DNA of 32,000 nucleotides from Candidatus Jordarchaeales archaeon. Its GTDB lineage: Archaea; Asgardarchaeota; Jordiarchaeia; Jordiarchaeales; Freyrarchaeaceae. The DNA lies in assembly GCA_038889235.1 (NCBI GenBank), contig JAWAHN010000003.1, positions 21,606 through 53,605 of the forward strand. The letters run 5' to 3'. This document shows positions 27,005 through 32,000 of this stretch, piece after piece. How positions within the stretch are numbered: position 1 is the stretch's first letter; the number at the start of each line of letters is the position of its first letter. The position numbers and the translations under genes were made by a program. The notes beneath the pieces are model-generated. The model was not told the DNA's origin. It saw nothing but the letters and a program-made list of their open reading frames with translations, and did not search any database.

Positions 27005-28906
27005 ATGAAGTCCGATTTTTACGGCTATGCGGGAAAAGTGCTTTACGTTGACCTTTCGAGAGGGAAGGTTGTAGTTGAAGCGCTGGATTCAGGTTATGCT
27101 GAAGCGTTGATTGGGGGTTTCGGAGTTAACAACATGATAGCCTATGAACATGCTCCCCCCATGGTTGACCCATTCGCGCCTGAAAGCGTAGTCGTCTTTG
27201 GGGCAGGCCCCCTCAATGGCACCATAGCGCCGGGTGCCGGGAAAGTTCACGTGACGGCGAAGATGCCGCTGACGGGCTTTTATGGGACGTCTGGTGGAGG
27301 CGGGGGCTTTGCCGCTCAACTTAAGTTTGCCGGCTACGACCACTTAGTGGTGGCTGGGAGGGCTAAGAGACCCGTAGTCCTCGTAGTGGAAGATGAAGAG
27401 GTAAGTTTTGAGGACGCTAAGGATCTTTGGGGTGGCTTGATTTATAATGTGACGGCGGAGCTCTGGGAGAGGTATTCTGGTTCAAGCGTCATCGCCATAG
27501 GTCCCGCGGGGGAAAACCTTGTGAAGTTTTCCATCGCGTTAGTGGACAACGTGGCTTCACTTGGCAGGGGAGGGCTGGGAGCTGTTCTTGGATCCAAGAA
27601 CCTTAAAGCGATTGTCGTGAAAGGTAGCGGGGGAGTTAAGATCGCGGACGCTGAAAGGTTCTTCAACGCGGTTGAAGCGCTCCATAGGCGGATAAAGGAA
27701 TACCCGTTTAGGTCTCTCGTGGCAGAGTACGGTATGATGGCGGGTTGGCTGGCTTGGGCCGAAATGTTCCAGGTTTCAAGGGAGGAAGCTGAAGCATACT
27801 TCAACCAGGAAGTGTTCTCCGGGAAAGTTAAGGTTGCGAGCATAGCGTGCCCCTCATGTCCTCTCTCCGACAAGTTCCTTTTCAGAATGCCGGAGGAAAA
27901 TGTCTACGTTTGGGCTACAGACTACCTTACACCCCTCATGGTTTTCGGCTACCTTTTTCAGATAAAAGACTACAGGAAAGTGCTCAAGTTGACGGCTGCA
28001 GTCAACCAGTACGGCATAGATATGCTTTCACTTTCAAGCATAGTGAGGTTCTTACTGGCCGCGTACGGTGAGGGGTTAGTGACGCGGGAAGACCTTGGAG
28101 GGCTAGTTCCCAAGGCGGATGCCGAAACAGTCCTCGCGGTGGTAAACCTAATGGTTCAGAGGAAGGGCATAGGCAGCTTGCTCGCTGAAGGGTGGCGTGC
28201 AGTACTCAAAAAGTTTGGCGACTTCGCCGAGAGACACGTTGCACTAGTCAAGGGTTTAGATGTGCTTTACGACCCTCGTAGGACGTACTTTGGCTCACTG
28301 GAGTTCGAGCAGCTCGTCTGTCCGCGCGGGCCGACGTCTAACTCCGGTGGATCACCAACATATGTGCCCGGCAAAAGCATTGAAGACTTCAGGAAGCACT
28401 GTGATAGGATATGTGTTTCCAGTGAAGCCATCGAAAGGATACTGGAAGGGGGAGAGTTGAACATCGGTAGGCTCGTGAGGCACTTTGAGGACTGGTATTC
28501 TGTCCTCAGCTCTCTCGGAATCTGTAATAGGGCTTACGTCAACAGGTTTTACAGCATGAAGATTTGCGCTGAGCTTTACTCTTCAGCCACCGGGATAGAA
28601 AAGACGCCTCAGGAGCTTAAGCTTGCGGGGGAGAGGGCGTGGAATGTTCAAAAGATGCTTAACGTAAGGGAAGGGCACACCAAGCATCACGACCTGCCTC
28701 CACGCCAATGGTTCCAGCCCCTTGTAGAAAGGGGGAGGAGGTATGTCGTGACAGACTACTTCAGGAGGCGTGAGCTAACCGAGAATGACTTAGAGAAGGC
28801 GCTGAGAGACTATTATGAGGAAAGAGGGTGGAATCCCGAAACAGGCACACCTACTGAAGAAAAACTTCGACAGCTTGGATTAATGGAGAACCGTCGGTCT
28901 AGATAA
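27005..28906 (+). CDS. aor: Aldehyde:ferredoxin oxidoreductase-family (W/Mo-pterin) protein
   Basis: YGYAGKVLYVDLS, IGPAGENLV, GRGGLGAVLGSKNLKAI, YGID, SLGIC, YYEERGW...TGTPT; ATG at 27005. Confidence 0.92.
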   Translation: MKSDFYGYAGKVLYVDLSRGKVVVEALDSGYAEALIGGFGVNNMIAYEHAPPMVDPFAPESVVVFGAGPLNGTIAPGAGKVHVTAKMPLTGFYGTSGGGGGFAAQLKFAGYDHLVVAGRAKRPVVLVVEDEEVSFEDAKDLWGGLIYNVTAELWERYSGSSVIAIGPAGENLVKFSIALVDNVASLGRGGLGAVLGSKNLKAIVVKGSGGVKIADAERFFNAVEALHRRIKEYPFRSLVAEYGMMAGWLAWAEMFQVSREEAEAYFNQEVFSGKVKVASIACPSCPLSDKFLFRMPEENVYVWATDYLTPLMVFGYLFQIKDYRKVLKLTAAVNQYGIDMLSLSSIVRFLLAAYGEGLVTREDLGGLVPKADAETVLAVVNLMVQRKGIGSLLAEGWRAVLKKFGDFAERHVALVKGLDVLYDPRRTYFGSLEFEQLVCPRGPTSNSGGSPTYVPGKSIEDFRKHCDRICVSSEAIERILEGGELNIGRLVRHFEDWYSVLSSLGICNRAYVNRFYSMKICAELYSSATGIEKTPQELKLAGERAWNVQKMLNVREGHTKHHDLPPRQWFQPLVERGRRYVVTDYFRRRELTENDLEKALRDYYEERGWNPETGTPTEEKLRQLGLMENRRSR

Positions 28907-29141
28907 AAGGTACGCGTGCTTCAAGCTAGTAAACCAGGCTAGCCGGCTTCGACCCCCCTTTTAACCACACTTAGGTCTTTCCAGGTTTTTCGAAGCTCTC
29001 GGCCGCGAAAAAACCGCGTTTCACCTTCCACTCAACACTTCTTCGCTCTAAGCCAACTTCCAGTGCTCTCTCGTTAAAGAAGCTAGAGGTTAAAAGGGTC
29101 CCACAAATACTTGAGGCTATTGGATGGCTGGGTGATGGCCC

Positions 29142-29570
29142 ATGATGGTTAAAGTCTTTGTGGATGGCGCTTCTAGGGGGAATCCGGGGCCAGCTGGGAT
29201 AGGCTTCGTTATCATTGACTCTGGCGGGAGAATCCTAGAGAGGAGGGGGCGCTACGTGGGGGTTGCCACGAACAACCAGGCGGAGTACCTTGCACTCATA
29301 GAGGCGTTGGAAGCCTGCATAAAAGCTGGTGCCAGCCGTGTTGAGGTTTTCTCCGACTCAGAGTTACTCGTGAAGCAAATGAAAGGTGAATATCGCGTCA
29401 GAAATCCACATCTCATAGCGCTTCATCGTAAGGCGAGGGAGCTCGAGAAGCTCTTCAACGACGTAACATACCATCACATTCCACGGGAAGCCAACCTTCA
29501 AGCGGACAAGCTGGCTAACGAAGCGATAGACCGGGGGGCATTGGAATTCCGAAAAAGTAATATGGGATAA
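29142..29570 (+). CDS. rnhA: Ribonuclease HI (archaeal type)
   Basis: VDGASRGNPG, TNNQAEY, SDSELL, PREANLQADKLAN (D-E-D-D catalytic set). Confidence 0.95.
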   Translation: MMVKVFVDGASRGNPGPAGIGFVIIDSGGRILERRGRYVGVATNNQAEYLALIEALEACIKAGASRVEVFSDSELLVKQMKGEYRVRNPHLIALHRKARELEKLFNDVTYHHIPREANLQADKLANEAIDRGALEFRKSNMG

Positions 29571-29610
29571 CGCGTCTTTACTTATTTTTCAGCATATGGG
29601 AGGGTGGTTT

Positions 29611-29898
29611 ATGGGGAGGTACGTCATCCTTTCGAGGCTAACGGACGAAGGGGCAAAAACTGTCAAGGACAATCCTGAAAGAATCAAGGAGGTTAACAAG
29701 GAGCTTGAAAAGATGGGCGTTAAGGTTCTAGAGCAGTACGTCGTCCTAGGACCATACGACTTCGTGAACATAGTTGAGGCACCCGACGCGCTCACGGTGG
29801 CTAAGGCTATGACGGAGCTGTCCTCGAGGGGAACTGTGAGAACGATGAGCATGCCCGCGATCCCCGTAGACGAGTACATTAAAAGTCTCAAGAAGTAG
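29611..29898 (+). CDS. GYD-domain protein
   Basis: YVILSRLTDEG, LGPYDFVNIVEAPD, RTMSMPA. Confidence 0.88.
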   Translation: MGRYVILSRLTDEGAKTVKDNPERIKEVNKELEKMGVKVLEQYVVLGPYDFVNIVEAPDALTVAKAMTELSSRGTVRTMSMPAIPVDEYIKSLKK

Positions 29899-30016
29899 TT
29901 GTCAGCTGCCGTACACTTCTTTCAACAATCCTCCTTTTTCATTTCAGAGCATTAAAATATTTGCGATAGAATTTTAGCATGGCAGTCTCCTTGTTTTCAG
30001 CTGGGAGGATGGCGGC

Positions 30017-31540
30017 TTGCTGAACCTTGAGAAAATAATCAGTTTAATAGTGGAACAGAGGGGCATTCCAAGAGAGGAGGTTTTCAAGCTAATTGACAGG
30101 AAGAAAGAGGAGATGAAGGGGCTCGTCACGGACGAAGGCGCGGCGTTGCTTGTAGCCATAGATTTAGGTGTCGACGTCCGGGAAGGGTTGTTTGAAGGAA
30201 GGACTTTCATAGGCGAGCTTAGCGACAGAATGGAAGTGGTCCCAGTTGTGGAGGGCAGAGTTAAATCCATTCTAGGGGTTAAAAGGTTTGAAAGAACGGA
30301 GGGTAAAGAGGGGACTATGGCGAGCCTCGTCATAGCTGACAGGACTGGCGAGGTTAGACTGGTGCTCTGGGGGGATAACAGCAGGCTTGTTGAGAAGGGG
30401 CTGTTGCACAAGGGAGACATAGTTAGGGTGGTCAAGGGGTATGTTCGGAGAGGAATTTTCGGCGACATAGAACTCCACGTGGGGAAGCTAGGCCGTATCG
30501 TAGTTAACCCGCCGGACGTCAACGTTGAAGACTTTCCCGAAGTGGTCGAGGAAGCCATTCCATTAAGCCGGCTTGAGCCCGGAATGCCCGACGTGACTGT
30601 AGAGGGAGAGGTCATCGAAGTCGGACCCGCAACGGTGTTTGAAAGGCCTGACGGATCGAAGGGGAAAATGATGGCTGCAATGATAGCTGACGAAGAGCGG
30701 TCTGTGAGGGTGGTTTTCTGGGACGAGCAAGCCATTAAAGCCGCGCAGCTTAGGGTCGGAGACAGGATACGCGTGGTCAGCGGTTATACTCGCGAAGGGA
30801 TAAGAGGCGGAGTCGAGGTACACGTCAGCAGAGCTGGCAGAGTAGAGATAGTCTCGAAGGGCGATAAGTATACTGGAGAGTACACACCCCTCTCCCAGTT
30901 GCGCCCCGGAATGTCCTCCGTCAACGTTGTCGCCAGAGTTGTGGCTAAAACGCCAGTGAGGACTTTCACGCGTCCACAGGATGGGAAGGCGGGAGTCGTT
31001 GCAGATCTGTATCTCACTGATGGAACAGGATGGGTGCGCATAAGCCTGTGGGATAACCACGTGAACCTTTTGCCAAAAATAAATGTCGGCGACCTGATAA
31101 AAGTGAAGAACGCCTACACGCGGGAGGACGTGTTCGGCCTTAACTTAAACGCCGGACGAAGGGCTGTAATCGAAGTTAATCCCGTCGACACTCCTAAAGA
31201 CCTCCTCCCACCTTTGAAAGAGTACAGGGTCAAACTGGGAGAGCTTAAGCCCTACATGGCGAACATATCACTTGAAGCCACCGTGAAAAGCATAGGGGAA
31301 GTTAAATCTTTCCAGCGGCAGGATGGGACATTCTCTAAGATGGTTACGCTGATCTTAGAAGACGAGACCGGTAGGGCTCCAGCAGTAGCATGGGGGGAAG
31401 CTGTAGCAAAACTAGAAAACATTCCCTTGAACTCGAAAATCAAAATTAAGGGGTGCTACACAAAAATTAACGCTAAAGGAGAAACAGAAATACACATAGG
31501 GGAAGGAACGGCGATAGAAACAAAAACGGCAGACAGCTGA
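30017..31540 (+). CDS. rpa: Replication protein A / ssDNA-binding protein with four OB folds
   Basis: Helical N-terminus (EEMKGLVTDEGAALLVA) and four repeats of LxxLxPGM...FxRxDG...DxTG...hW. Confidence 0.9.
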   Translation: MLNLEKIISLIVEQRGIPREEVFKLIDRKKEEMKGLVTDEGAALLVAIDLGVDVREGLFEGRTFIGELSDRMEVVPVVEGRVKSILGVKRFERTEGKEGTMASLVIADRTGEVRLVLWGDNSRLVEKGLLHKGDIVRVVKGYVRRGIFGDIELHVGKLGRIVVNPPDVNVEDFPEVVEEAIPLSRLEPGMPDVTVEGEVIEVGPATVFERPDGSKGKMMAAMIADEERSVRVVFWDEQAIKAAQLRVGDRIRVVSGYTREGIRGGVEVHVSRAGRVEIVSKGDKYTGEYTPLSQLRPGMSSVNVVARVVAKTPVRTFTRPQDGKAGVVADLYLTDGTGWVRISLWDNHVNLLPKINVGDLIKVKNAYTREDVFGLNLNAGRRAVIEVNPVDTPKDLLPPLKEYRVKLGELKPYMANISLEATVKSIGEVKSFQRQDGTFSKMVTLILEDETGRAPAVAWGEAVAKLENIPLNSKIKIKGCYTKINAKGETEIHIGEGTAIETKTADS

Positions 31541-31597
31541 TACAGGAAAAACCAAGTAAGCCCCATTTGGAAGCAATGCTCCAACGATAGACAAGGG

Positions 31598-31999
31598 TCA
31601 CGTTTTCAAGGCAAGCTCCCTAACACTGGTGTACACTTTCACGTTGTTCGCCTTAGCGTACTCCTCAGCCTTGGGATGCACGAAAGGAGAAACTATTACC
31701 AAGGAGGGCTTAACCTTCTCCACAGCCTCGTAAAGCTTCGCTTTGTCAAGGAACTTGTCTACGTCCTCCTTGCTCACGCTAGACTTAATCTCGACCAAAA
31801 CATGCTCTCTGTCCCTAATTAACACATCAACTTCTATCACGCTCGGCTTCTTGAATACCATGCACTCCGAGTCATAATACTCCCACTTGCTCACTTTAAC
31901 ACCATACCTTTCCAACAAACCACGGAGCCCTTCCCTAAAAGCCTCCTCACTAGCCAAACCCCACCTAGCACCCAAACCACCTAATATCTCCCCAACCTT
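31598..31999 (-). CDS. PD-(D/E)XK nuclease-family protein (DUF3782/DUF1626-like), 5'-truncated by window edge
   Basis: Frame open to the window end (KVGEILGGLGARWG...); LGARWG..SEEAFREG, IEVDVLI, LVEIKSS, KAKLYE, VSPFV. Confidence 0.85.
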   Translation of the reverse strand, partial: KVGEILGGLGARWGLASEEAFREGLRGLLERYGVKVSKWEYYDSECMVFKKPSVIEVDVLIRDREHVLVEIKSSVSKEDVDKFLDKAKLYEAVEKVKPSLVIVSPFVHPKAEEYAKANNVKVYTSVRELALKT

Positions 32000-32000
32000 C

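Noticed and set aside
1-32000. CRISPR arrays, tRNA/rRNA, IS elements, inteins
   Set aside because: By eye: no periodic repeats, cloverleaf motifs, transposase motifs or terminal inverted repeats, and no oversize insertions with intein ends. A tool-based scan was not possible.

Overview
Archaeal chromosomal window with about 33 CDS (two cut by the window edges). I found no tRNA, rRNA, CRISPR array or transposase. Archaeal origin rests on TATA/BRE promoters, GGAGG/GGTGA ribosome-binding sites, a multi-OB RPA, archaeal-type RNase HI and a W-AOR. The E/K-rich proteins suggest a thermophile. A V4R tandem, a DnaJ-type Zn-finger protein and a GOLD-like protein would fit an Asgard lineage, but this is inference only. 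Content: hydrolases (DUF72, PhlG-like, two alpha/beta hydrolases), an MFS transporter, an HNH protein, an acyl-CoA synthetase alpha subunit, a sirtuin, two complete ECF transporter operons, a class II GATase, an HhH-GPD-like protein, a PfkB kinase, a tandem MgtE, a frameshifted HEPN-MNT pair, an AOR, rnhA, a GYD protein, RPA and a PD-(D/E)XK protein. Best signal: the same NikR-type operator (TTGGTAWTAC-N14-GTAATAYCAA) lies just downstream of the TATA box of both nikMNQO and a second, substrate-orphan ECF operon with an enlarged S component, which suggests an undescribed nickel-regulated uptake system. Second best: an 8x CxxCxGxG protein without a J domain that resembles eukaryotic SSUH2.
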